Below are positions 9,920-18,023 of a DNA stretch of 33,685 bases, piece by piece (the stretch's first letter is position 1; each line of letters begins with the position of its first letter). The translations under genes were made by a program, and so were the position numbers. The notes under the pieces were generated by a model. It was given only the letters and a program-made list of their open reading frames with translations. It had not been told where the DNA came from and did no database searches. The DNA lies in NCBI GenBank assembly GCA_966211115.1, contig CBIHMX010000001.1, positions 1-33,685 on the forward strand. The letters are read 5' to 3'. This DNA is from an uncultured Gemmatimonadaceae bacterium (lineage in GTDB: Bacteria; Gemmatimonadota; Gemmatimonadetes; Gemmatimonadales; Gemmatimonadaceae).

Positions 9920-10330
9920 ATGATCCTCCTCGCCGGCGGAAACACCGCACTGCTCGAGGGACTTGCACAGGCGCTGGCCAACACCGGGCAGCGGGTCGCC
10001 GTCGCGCACTCGCTGGACGAAGCCGAGGAGCTGCAGGCTCAGCAGCCGTCCATCCTGACGGTGGTGGAGCGCGGATGGGTTTCCGAGACGGATCCCGCGC
10101 GATCGTTCGTTCGCGCGACGTTAGGTGGAGGCGGGGCGCTCGTCACGTACCGCGAAGCTGGTGACACGTCGCGCGCCCTCGTCGCCTCACTGGCACGCCA
10201 CGTCCTGGCCGACCTCGTGCTGCCGCTCGAACGGAACCGCATGGTCGCCCTCGCGGAACATCTGTCGACCCGTGCCAGGGTCATTGGCCGCTCTCCCGAA
10301 ATCACGCATCGGGACTCGCCGGCGACCTGA
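9920..10330 (+). CDS. Hypothetical protein, possibly a degenerate CheY-like receiver fold
   Basis: The ORF is 136 aa. The N-terminus (MILLAGGNTALLEGLAQALANTGQRVAVAHSLDEAEEL) has an alternating beta-alpha pattern, but I cannot identify the acidic pocket or phospho-acceptor. It is tightly packed behind DUF167. Confidence 0.45.
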   Translation: MILLAGGNTALLEGLAQALANTGQRVAVAHSLDEAEELQAQQPSILTVVERGWVSETDPARSFVRATLGGGGALVTYREAGDTSRALVASLARHVLADLVLPLERNRMVALAEHLSTRARVIGRSPEITHRDSPAT

Positions 10331-10348
10331 GACCGCTTCGGCGGACTA

Positions 10349-11230
10349 TCAGCGTCCGAGGATGCTTTCCCGGATCCGCAGGTAATGCTTTCCGCCAACC
10401 GCCTTGGCCAGCTTCTTGGCATTCCACTGCGCCCATTGTGCCGTGCGAGTGACGGGTGAAGGTCCGACCAGCCTGGCGGCGTAATCCGGCGTACTCGCGC
10501 TGCGCAGCGTAAAGCGCCCCACGACCCGGCACCCGTCGACCAACCTTATCCTGGCTTCCGGCTCTGACGTGAACAGCGTCGTTATGCCGTTGGCGGCCGC
10601 CAGTTCGGCGACACGGCGGGAGTGATACCCGCCCGGCACGGACGCCACCGTCACGGCGTTCCCCAGGACGTCCTGCAGGTCTGACAGGCTTGTCCTCCAC
10701 TCGGCGTCGATGTCGGCGGGCGGCAGTGCTGACATGCGAGGCGGGTGATTCCGGGAGTGGCTGCCGATGACGTGACCGCGATCCCGCAGCGCGCGCAGGT
10801 CGCGCCCGCTGAGAAACCCCGGCTTGTCGATGCGGCTCGTCGTCATGAACACGACGCCACGCCATCCGTGCTGTTCGAGCAGGTCGGCGGCGTGCGTGAG
10901 GTAGCCGACGCCGCCGTCGTCAAACGTGAGCACCACGCCCGGCACTCGCGCGTTGCCAGGCATGGATGCGGTGACGGGTACGCGCGCGTTGCTCAATGCT
11001 TCGAGGTGTGCCGCAAATCGCTCCACGCTGAGCTTGTAGGTCGCCGCCGCGGGGCCGGGGAAGCCACTTTCATCCCACCAGCGCTCGCGAACGACATCGT
11101 GATACTCAAGCGCGATCAGTGACACCAGGACTCCGCCGTGCACGTGTTTTCCACCGCCGCCAGGCGGTGAGCCATGGTTGTCCCCATTCGCGGGACGCCC
11201 GTCCGGTGACGTCGACGGGACGAACACCAC
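10349..11230 (-). CDS. Polysaccharide deacetylase / deformylase-like (CE4)
   Basis: CE4 motifs are IALEYHDV, VVLTFDDGGVGY and GSHSRNHP. The annotated 5' end overlaps the upstream formyltransferase gene by 125 nt, so the true start is probably internal (for example GTG near 11125). Confidence 0.8.
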   Translation of the reverse strand: MVFVPSTSPDGRPANGDNHGSPPGGGGKHVHGGVLVSLIALEYHDVVRERWWDESGFPGPAAATYKLSVERFAAHLEALSNARVPVTASMPGNARVPGVVLTFDDGGVGYLTHAADLLEQHGWRGVVFMTTSRIDKPGFLSGRDLRALRDRGHVIGSHSRNHPPRMSALPPADIDAEWRTSLSDLQDVLGNAVTVASVPGGYHSRRVAELAAANGITTLFTSEPEARIRLVDGCRVVGRFTLRSASTPDYAARLVGPSPVTRTAQWAQWNAKKLAKAVGGKHYLRIRESILGR

Positions 11231-11939
11231 CCTCGCAGAAACTCGTCAGCAACTCGCGGATGCCGTCGAGGTTGTCGAGCACCATCTGGTGCTGGATCCT
11301 GATGTGCGAGTCCCGTGCCTCATCATAGCTGGCGCGGAAGTAACCCAGAACAGGTCCGGTGTCGATGCCCTTGTCGATGCGCAGCACGGTCATACCGACG
11401 CGCTCCAGGTCGTTGGAAGCCAGCGCCCAGAAACACCCGTGCGCGTTCCGGTACTCCGGGCAGATACCTGGATGGAAGACCACCGTGCCGCACTGCGCCA
11501 GCGAGAAGACCTTGTCCGACAGGATGTTCTTGCATAACGCGATGATGAGGTCCGGCCGGGCATTCGCGATGAACGACCGGCTTTCGACCGAGTTCGGGGA
11601 TGCAACATCCAGTCGTGGAGGCGATGGTGCCGGCGTCGGGTATTTTGCCTGCAGGTCGCCGAGCCGGCTGGCGAGCCACTCCGCATCCTGAGTCGCCAGC
11701 CGAAGCCGGTAGAAGAGCCGGAAGGCGAGAACATCCAGGAGCCTCACGGCACCAATCCGCCGCCATTCGCGACGAAGCCGACGCCAGAGGATCTGTCGCG
11801 GCTCGTGAATCACGACTATACCGGCGAGCGTCGCCCAACTCGCCAACCACCTCGAAACCCCGTCGACGTGCAGCGGGGCATCGTGGTGGGCCAGCAGCAC
11901 AATACGCAGGCGCTCCTCACTGTTTGACCGGATCGTCAT
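11106..11939 (-). CDS. Formyltransferase-family protein (Fmt/ArnA N-domain-like)
   Basis: The ORF is 277 aa. The sequence PDLIIALCKNILSDKVFSLAQCGTVVFHPGICPEYRNAHGCFWALASNDLERVGMTVLRIDKGIDTGPV resembles the formyl_trans_N core (HPS/LP.yRG-type region). Confidence 0.8.
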   Translation of the reverse strand: MTIRSNSEERLRIVLLAHHDAPLHVDGVSRWLASWATLAGIVVIHEPRQILWRRLRREWRRIGAVRLLDVLAFRLFYRLRLATQDAEWLASRLGDLQAKYPTPAPSPPRLDVASPNSVESRSFIANARPDLIIALCKNILSDKVFSLAQCGTVVFHPGICPEYRNAHGCFWALASNDLERVGMTVLRIDKGIDTGPVLGYFRASYDEARDSHIRIQHQMVLDNLDGIRELLTSFCEGGVRPVDVTGRASREWGQPWLTAWRRWKTRARRSPGVTDRA

Positions 11940-12141
11940 TTTTCCGAAAAGGGGTCAGACACCATTTACAGGGACGACGGAGACGGATGTACTTCCCGGA
12001 AAATGGAGGATCCTCCCGGGTGACCTGGCCACGTTGCGGGCGTCGTTCAGCGGGACCGCTTGCTCTGGATCTGCAGTCCCGTTATTCCTGAATACGACCG
12101 GTAGCGTCACCTCGGTGCCGCTACCGAAAAAAAACTGACCC

Positions 12142-12195
12142 GTGGCGATTTCAGGCAAATTGCGGCCACGTAAAACAACTCGCTAAAGCGCCAGC
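12142..12195 (+). promoter_or_regulatory. Candidate structured leader element (SAM-II/SAM-V-like?) upstream of metH
   Basis: The sequence is GTGGCGATTTCAGGCAAATTGCGGCCACGTAAAACAACTCGCTAAAGCGCC. GTGGC/GCCAC forms a hairpin. GGCGATTT can alternatively pair with AAAGCGCC, with one mismatch. The GAUUU, UUGC and GCUAAAG pieces recall the SAM-II consensus as I remember it. This has not been verified with a covariance model. Confidence 0.2.
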
Positions 12196-12198
12196 CCG

Positions 12199-15100
12199 GT
12201 GCTTACGCCTCGGGCAAATTTTGTATCCGGGATCCCGTTGACTAGAAACGACTTAGCCAGGAATCCATCCGCCTACCTGGACGCCCTCGACCGGCGCGTC
12301 CTGGTCTATGACGGAGCGATGGGCACGAGCATCCAGCGTTACAAACTGACCGCGGACGACTTCGGCGGCAAAGCCCTCGAAGGATGCAACGATCATCTCG
12401 TATTGACGCGCCCGGATGTCATCCGGGAAATCCACGAGTCGTTCATGGCAGCAGGGTGCGATGTACTGGAAACGTGCACGTTCCAGTCGACGCCCCGGCG
12501 CCTGGAAGAGTGGGGCCTGCTCGACAAGGCGCGCGACATCAACGTCCAGGCCGCCCGGCTCGCCCGTGAAGCCGCTGATCGTTATGCAACACCAGACCGT
12601 CCGCGATTCGTGGCTGGTTCGATCGGCCCGACCGGACTCCTTCCGTCCAGCAGCGACCCGGTCCTTTCCGATACCACGTACGAGGAACTGCTGGACCAGT
12701 ATTACCAGCAGGCCAAGTACCTCGTCGAAGGCGGCGTGGACGTCCTGCTGGTCGAGACGGCGCAGGACATCCTCGAGGTGAAAGCCGCCCTCGCCGGGTT
12801 CGAAAAGCTCTTCGCGGAACTCGGCCGGCGCGTGCCGGTCCAGGCCCAGGTCACGCTCGACACCAGCGGCCGGATGTTGTTAGGCACGGACATCGCCAGT
12901 GCGATGACGACGCTGGAGTCGCTCCGCGTCGACGTCCTGGGGTTGAACTGCTCGACGGGCCCCGAGCACATGCGGGAACCGATCCGGTACCTCACCGAAC
13001 ACGCGACGCGCCCGGTGTCCTGCATCCCGAACGCGGGGCTGCCCCTCAACACGGGAACCGGCGACGCGGTCTACCCGCTCGAGCCGGAACCGATGGCCAC
13101 GATGCTCGCCGAGTTCGTCCGCGACTTCGGCGTCAGGATCGTGGGCGGCTGCTGCGGCACGACTGCAGAGCACCTGCAAGCGGTGTGTCGCGAGATCGAT
13201 GCCCTCGGGGTCAGGGCGGTCCCGCACACCCAGACTGATGGTCTCGAACGTCCTGATTCCCGATTCCCGATTCCCGATTCCCGGATCCCCGATTCCCGAT
13301 TCCCGATTCCCGATTCCCGGATTCCCGAATCCCGTCGCCACGCGGTGCCCCGTCTGTCATCGGCAATGCGCGCCATCACCATGCGCCAGGATCCCGCCCC
13401 GCTCCTCGTCGGAGAACGGGTGAATTCGCAGGGTTCGCGCAAGGTGAAGCGCTTTCTCCTCGCCGATGACTACGACGGCATTCTCGACGTCGCCCGTGAA
13501 CAGGCCGAGTCCGGCGCGCATGTCCTCGACGTGTGCGTCGCACTCACCGAGCGTGCCGACGAAGCCGAGCAGATGGCGAAGGTCGTGAAGCTGCTCTCGA
13601 TGAGCGTCGAGTCGCCGCTGATGATCGACTCGACCGAGGCCGGCGTCATCGAAGCCGCGCTCGAGCACGTTCCCGGCCGCGCGATCATCAACTCCATCAA
13701 CATGGAGAACGGCCGCAAGCGTATCGACGCGGTCGTGCCGCTGGCGAAGAAACACGGCGCGGCGCTCGTCGCGCTCACCCTCGACGAAGTCGGCATGGCG
13801 AAAACGCGTGATCGGAAGCTCGAGATCGCGAAGAAGATCCATGACATCGTCGTGAACGAGTACGGGCTCACATCAGGGGACCTGGTCTTCGACGCCTTGA
13901 CCTTCACGCTGGCCACCGGCGACGCCGAATGGATCGAGTCGGCGAAGGAAACCATCGAGGGCATCCGGCTCATCAAGCGCGAACTGCCAGGCGTCTTCAC
14001 CATCCTCGGCGTCTCCAACGTCAGCTTCGGCCTGTCGGCCGGGGCGCGCGCCGTGCTGAACTCGGTGTTCCTGCATCATTGTGTGCAGGCTGGACTGGAC
14101 GCGGCGATCGTGAACCCCGCCCACGTCACGCCGTATGCCGAGATCCCGCCCGGCGAGCGCACGCTCGCGGACGATCTCGTCTTCAACAAGCGGCCGGACG
14201 CATTGCAGCGGTTCATCGAACACTTCACGCAGGCCGAAGGCGGCAGTGCAGCGGCCGAAGTGACGCGCGTGGATCCCACGATAGGCATGACGCCCGACCA
14301 ACGCGTGCACTGGATGATCGTCCATCGCAAGAAGGATGGGATCGAGGAGTCGCTCGATGCCGCCGGCGTTCGCGAAGCTCCGGTCCGTGTCCTGAATGAC
14401 GTCCTGCTCCCTGCGATGAAGGAGGTCGGCGACAAGTTCGGCGCCGGTGAACTGATCCTGCCATTCGTGCTGCAGTCGGCTGAAGTGATGAAGAAGGCCG
14501 TGAAGCACCTCGAGCAGTTCCTCGAACGTTCCGAGGGATACACGAAAGGCCGCGTGGTGCTCGCCACCGTGTACGGCGACGTCCACGACATCGGCAAGTC
14601 ACTGGTCAACACGATCCTCTCCAACAACGGCTACACGGTATTCGACCTCGGCAAGCAGGTGCCGGTGAACACGATCATCGACAAGGCGATCGAAGTGAAC
14701 GCCGATGCGATCGGCTTGTCGGCGCTCCTGGTAAGTACGTCGAAGCAGATGCCGATCTGCGTGCAGGAACTGGACAAGCGGGGGTTGAGCGTCCCCGTGC
14801 TGATCGGTGGCGCGGCAATCAACCGGCGGTTTGGCCGGCGTACGCTGTTCGTCGAGGGCGAGCGCGCCTACGGCCCGGGAGTGTTCTACTGCAAGGACGC
14901 CTTCGAGGGACTGGACACGGTCGAGGCGCTGATGGACGTGCCTAACCGCGCGACGCTGGTGAGGAAACTCGTCGACGAAGCACGCCGGGACGTGTTCCTC
15001 AACACTGCCATGGGCAAGGAGGATCGGGGGGGCACGACCGACACGCAGCGCAGTTCGGTCTCGGCTTCGAATCCCATTCCGTCGCCGCCCGCCTGGGGCG

Positions 15101-15930
15101 TGCGCGTGCTTCGCGACATCCCGCTCGATGAAGTCCTTGAACTCCTCGACCTGGATGAACTGTACCGGTTGCAATGGGGTGGTCGCGGTTCCGGCGAGGC
15201 GTACCAGGCATCGGTGCGCGACGTGTTCGCCCCCACGCTGGCCCGCTTGCGTGATGACGCGATGACCCGGGGCTGGCTCCAGCCGCAAGCCGTGTACGGG
15301 TACTTCCCCGTGCAGTCCGACGGGAACAGCGTGATCGTGTACGATCCAGCGGCGCTGGAGAGCGACGGAGGAGCGCGTCGCGAGGTGGCCCGTCTCTCGT
15401 TCCCCAGGCAGGAGGGTCGCGAGCGCCTTTGCCTGGCCGATTACTTCCGCTCGGTCGAATCAGGCGATGTCGACGTACTGCCCTTGCAGATCGTGACGGT
15501 CGGCGACGCCGCCGCGCGCCGGTTCGATGAGCTCCAGGCGGCCGGCGAGTACTCCGAGGCGTATTTCGTGCACGGCCTGGCCGTCGAGGCGGCGGAAGCC
15601 GTGGCCGAATGGCTGCATCGCCGGATTCGCAGCGAGCTTGGCGTGCCGGCCGGACGCGGCAAGCGCTACTCGTGGGGATATGGGGCCTGCCCCGACCTCG
15701 ATGACCACGCGGTGGTCTTCCGGCTCCTACCGGCCGAATCTGCGTTAGGCATGTCGTTGACCAGCGCGTTCCAGCTCGTGCCGGAGCAGAGCACGGCCGC
15801 CATGATCGTCCATCACCCCGAAGCGAAGTATTACAGCATTCGCGGCGAAGGCTCCGCTGAAGTCGACCGCCAGAAGCGGGAAACGGTGGGAACGGCCGAT
15901 TCCCGAATCCCGATTCCCGATTCCCGGTGA
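12199..15930 (+). CDS. metH: Cobalamin-dependent methionine synthase
   Basis: The ORF is 1243 aa with all four modules. The Hcy-binding domain has VLVYDGAMGT and GGCCGT. The pterin-binding domain has LLVGERVN. The B12-binding domain has the DxHxxG motif GDVHDIGK plus SALL and GGA. A C-terminal AdoMet activation domain is also present. The true start may be TTG 12238 (..TRNDLARNPSAYLDALDRRVLVYDG). Confidence 0.95.
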   Translation: MLTPRANFVSGIPLTRNDLARNPSAYLDALDRRVLVYDGAMGTSIQRYKLTADDFGGKALEGCNDHLVLTRPDVIREIHESFMAAGCDVLETCTFQSTPRRLEEWGLLDKARDINVQAARLAREAADRYATPDRPRFVAGSIGPTGLLPSSSDPVLSDTTYEELLDQYYQQAKYLVEGGVDVLLVETAQDILEVKAALAGFEKLFAELGRRVPVQAQVTLDTSGRMLLGTDIASAMTTLESLRVDVLGLNCSTGPEHMREPIRYLTEHATRPVSCIPNAGLPLNTGTGDAVYPLEPEPMATMLAEFVRDFGVRIVGGCCGTTAEHLQAVCREIDALGVRAVPHTQTDGLERPDSRFPIPDSRIPDSRFPIPDSRIPESRRHAVPRLSSAMRAITMRQDPAPLLVGERVNSQGSRKVKRFLLADDYDGILDVAREQAESGAHVLDVCVALTERADEAEQMAKVVKLLSMSVESPLMIDSTEAGVIEAALEHVPGRAIINSINMENGRKRIDAVVPLAKKHGAALVALTLDEVGMAKTRDRKLEIAKKIHDIVVNEYGLTSGDLVFDALTFTLATGDAEWIESAKETIEGIRLIKRELPGVFTILGVSNVSFGLSAGARAVLNSVFLHHCVQAGLDAAIVNPAHVTPYAEIPPGERTLADDLVFNKRPDALQRFIEHFTQAEGGSAAAEVTRVDPTIGMTPDQRVHWMIVHRKKDGIEESLDAAGVREAPVRVLNDVLLPAMKEVGDKFGAGELILPFVLQSAEVMKKAVKHLEQFLERSEGYTKGRVVLATVYGDVHDIGKSLVNTILSNNGYTVFDLGKQVPVNTIIDKAIEVNADAIGLSALLVSTSKQMPICVQELDKRGLSVPVLIGGAAINRRFGRRTLFVEGERAYGPGVFYCKDAFEGLDTVEALMDVPNRATLVRKLVDEARRDVFLNTAMGKEDRGGTTDTQRSSVSASNPIPSPPAWGVRVLRDIPLDEVLELLDLDELYRLQWGGRGSGEAYQASVRDVFAPTLARLRDDAMTRGWLQPQAVYGYFPVQSDGNSVIVYDPAALESDGGARREVARLSFPRQEGRERLCLADYFRSVESGDVDVLPLQIVTVGDAAARRFDELQAAGEYSEAYFVHGLAVEAAEAVAEWLHRRIRSELGVPAGRGKRYSWGYGACPDLDDHAVVFRLLPAESALGMSLTSAFQLVPEQSTAAMIVHHPEAKYYSIRGEGSAEVDRQKRETVGTADSRIPIPDSR
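13255..13333 (+). repeat. Heptanucleotide microsatellite (GATTCCC)n organised as two 36-nt in-frame higher-order units, inside the metH coding sequence
   Basis: The array has twelve 7-nt units. Positions 13255-13290 and 13291-13326 each consist of 4 x GATTCCC + G + one more heptamer (36 nt). They differ at one base. A GAATCCC unit follows. The array is translated as PDSRFPIPDSRIPDSRFPIPDSRIPESR. Confidence 0.95.
15898..15925 (+). repeat. Second (GATTCCC)n array (4 units) forming the last codons of metH, immediately before the metF-like start
   Basis: The units are GATTCCC GAATCCC GATTCCC GATTCCC, followed by GGTGA. They are translated as ADSRIPIPDSR followed by the stop. The GTG start of the next gene (15927) overlaps the TGA stop. 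Confidence 0.95.
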
Positions 15931-17855
15931 CGGTGCGCTCGGCTCTTCTCGAACGCCTCCTGGATCCCGAAAGCGTCGTCGTCTTCGACGGCGCGATGGG
16001 AACGATGCTCTATGCCCGCGGCGTGTTCATCAACCAGTGTTACGATGAGCTCAATACGCGCGCGCCCGACCTCGTGCGGGCGGTGCACGCCGAATACGCG
16101 AAGGCCGGCGCCGAGGTCCTCGAGACCAACACGTTCGGGGCGAATCGTCCCAAGCTGACCCAGTACGGCCTCGAAGGGCAGGTGGCCACGTTCAACCGCG
16201 CCGCGGCGCAGCTGGCGCGCGACGTGGCCGGCGAGACCCACCTCGTCGCCGGAGCCATCGGACCGTTAGGCGTTCGCCTCGAACCGTTCGGGCCCACCAG
16301 CCTCGACGAGGCGCGAACCGCGTTCGCCGAACAGATGACCGCGCTCAGGGAAGGGGGCGCCGATCTCTTTATCATCGAGACGTTCGGTGACCTCGACGAG
16401 ATCGCGCAGGCAGTGAAGGCGGCGCGCGACGTCGACCCGACCATGCCGGTCGTCGCACAGATGACCATCGGTACCGATGGTCGCACCCCGTTCGGCGCGT
16501 CGGCGGAAGACGTCGCCGGCTGGCTGGACGGACTCGGCGCCGACGTGATCGGGTTGAACTGCTCGGTCGGGCCACAGGGCATCCTCGAGGGCATCGAGCG
16601 CATGGTGCACGTCACGCGGCGGAAGCTGAGCGCGCAACCTAACGCCGGAATGCCGCGCGAGGTCGGCGGGCGCGCGATGTACATGGCCAGCGCCGAATAC
16701 ATGGCCACCTACGCCAGGCACCTCGTCCAGGCCGGCGCGCGGATCGTCGGCGGCTGCTGCGGGACGACCCCGGAACACATCCATGCCATTGCCGAAGGCG
16801 TCAGGCCGCTGGCACCCCGACTGGGACTGTACCGATCGAGAGGCCACGCGTCGCAGGCCATGGGAACGGCCGAGGCTCCGCCTGCCGGCCAGGACTCACC
16901 TGCGCGCGACTCACGAGTTGCGACTCACGAGTCACGCGCGGTCGAGTCCATTCCCTTCGCCGCTCGCTCGAGATGGGCGGCAAAGCTCGCAGCGCGGGAA
17001 TTCGTGACATCGGTCGAGATCGTGCCCCCGCGCGGCGTGAATGCCGACCGGATGCTCGCTGACGTCGGGTTGCTCAAGGCGGCCGGCGTCGACGCGGTGA
17101 ATGTTCCCGACGGTCCGCGCGCGCAGAGCCGCATGGGCGCGGTGATGACCAGCCTCCTCATCGAGCAGCGCGTCGGCATCGAGACCGTCACCCACTACTG
17201 CTGCCGCGACCGCAACCTGCTCGGGATGCTCAGCGACTTGCTGGGTGCGTCGGCGGTCGGGTTGCGCAACATCCTGCTCATCACCGGCGATCCGCCCAAG
17301 ATGGGCCCGTACCCCGACGCGACGGCCGTCTTCGACATCGATTCCATCGGCCTTACGAACCTGGTGCGGCACCTGAACGAGGGACTCGACCCGGGCGGCA
17401 ACCCGATCGGGGAGCCGACTCGTTATGCGATCGGCGTGGGCTGCAACCCCGCCGCGCTGGACCCGCAGATCGAGTTGAAGCGGTTCATGTACAAGGTCGA
17501 GGCTGGCGCCGAGTTCGCCGTGACGCAGCCGGTGTTCGACGTCGCCCAGCTCGAACGCTTCCTCCGGGAGATCGACAGCGTCCGCATTCCGGTGGTCGCC
17601 GGGATCTGGCCGCTCGTCTCGGCACGTAACGCCGAATTCCTCGCCAACGAGGTACCTGGCGTCGTGGTGCCGGAGGCCGTCCTGCACCGCATGCGACAGG
17701 CGAACGAGCGCTCAAAAGAACACGCGGTGGCCGAGGGCATCGCGATCGCCCGGGAAATGCTCAGCCAGGTCCGCGACACGGTGAGCGGGGTACAGGTTTC
17801 GGCGCCGTTCGGCAAGGTTGACCTCGCCCTTCAGGTGTTCGCCGGTACTTTGTAA
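15927..17855 (+). CDS. metF: Bifunctional homocysteine S-methyltransferase / 5,10-methylenetetrahydrofolate reductase (YitJ-like fusion)
   Basis: The ORF is 642 aa. The N-terminal S-methyl_trans domain has VVFDGAMGTMLY and GGCCGTTPEH. The C-terminal MTHFR domain has SVEIVPPRG, THYCCRDRN and ITGDPP. It shares a 4-nt GTGA overlap with metH. Confidence 0.9.
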   Translation: MTVRSALLERLLDPESVVVFDGAMGTMLYARGVFINQCYDELNTRAPDLVRAVHAEYAKAGAEVLETNTFGANRPKLTQYGLEGQVATFNRAAAQLARDVAGETHLVAGAIGPLGVRLEPFGPTSLDEARTAFAEQMTALREGGADLFIIETFGDLDEIAQAVKAARDVDPTMPVVAQMTIGTDGRTPFGASAEDVAGWLDGLGADVIGLNCSVGPQGILEGIERMVHVTRRKLSAQPNAGMPREVGGRAMYMASAEYMATYARHLVQAGARIVGGCCGTTPEHIHAIAEGVRPLAPRLGLYRSRGHASQAMGTAEAPPAGQDSPARDSRVATHESRAVESIPFAARSRWAAKLAAREFVTSVEIVPPRGVNADRMLADVGLLKAAGVDAVNVPDGPRAQSRMGAVMTSLLIEQRVGIETVTHYCCRDRNLLGMLSDLLGASAVGLRNILLITGDPPKMGPYPDATAVFDIDSIGLTNLVRHLNEGLDPGGNPIGEPTRYAIGVGCNPAALDPQIELKRFMYKVEAGAEFAVTQPVFDVAQLERFLREIDSVRIPVVAGIWPLVSARNAEFLANEVPGVVVPEAVLHRMRQANERSKEHAVAEGIAIAREMLSQVRDTVSGVQVSAPFGKVDLALQVFAGTL

Positions 17856-18023
17856 TTCGTTATGTTGTAAGAGTTTACCCAACAAAGCTCACAGTCGTCC
17901 TAGAGAACCACCCCCGGGGTCCGCCCCGGAACCGTGCACTGGGATTTGAGCATATTGCAACTCCGATCCCGGCACCTCGCTTCGATCTTTCGTTAGGCCT
18001 CTCACCGACCCGTTCGTCGACGG

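Noticed and set aside
10349-11939. The 125-nt overlap between the formyltransferase and CE4 deacetylase ORFs, considered as a possible gene fusion or overlapping-gene arrangement.
   Set aside because: The two are in different frames. The deacetylase N-terminal extension (MVFVPSTSPDGRPANGDNHGSPPGGGG) is low-complexity and precedes the first conserved CE4 strand. An internal GTG start near 11125 removes most of the overlap.
12099-12134. Hairpin CGGTAGCG-t-CAC...GTG-c-CGCTACCG followed by A8, considered as an intrinsic terminator.
   Set aside because: On the + strand the stem is followed by A residues, not U. On the - strand the T-run precedes the stem. No gene ends here on either strand, because both flanking genes diverge from this region. 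I kept it only as part of the structured metH leader.
13255-13333. Possibility that the tandem repeats at 13255-13333, 15898-15925 or 26060-26162 are CRISPR arrays.
   Set aside because: The units are 7 nt or 12 nt and directly abutting, with no unique spacers. Two of the three arrays lie inside a conserved coding sequence. No cas genes are present.
17856-18023. AT-richer patch (TTTGTAATTCGTTATGTTGTAAGAGTTTACCCAACAAAG) and the CCGGGG-tccg-CCCCGG hairpin after the metF-like gene, considered as a terminator plus promoter or a small RNA.
   Set aside because: The hairpin is short with no U-tract. I could not place a convincing -35/-10 pair. Nothing resembles a known RNA family. It is plausibly just the terminator/promoter spacer between operons, but it is not supportable as a specific feature.
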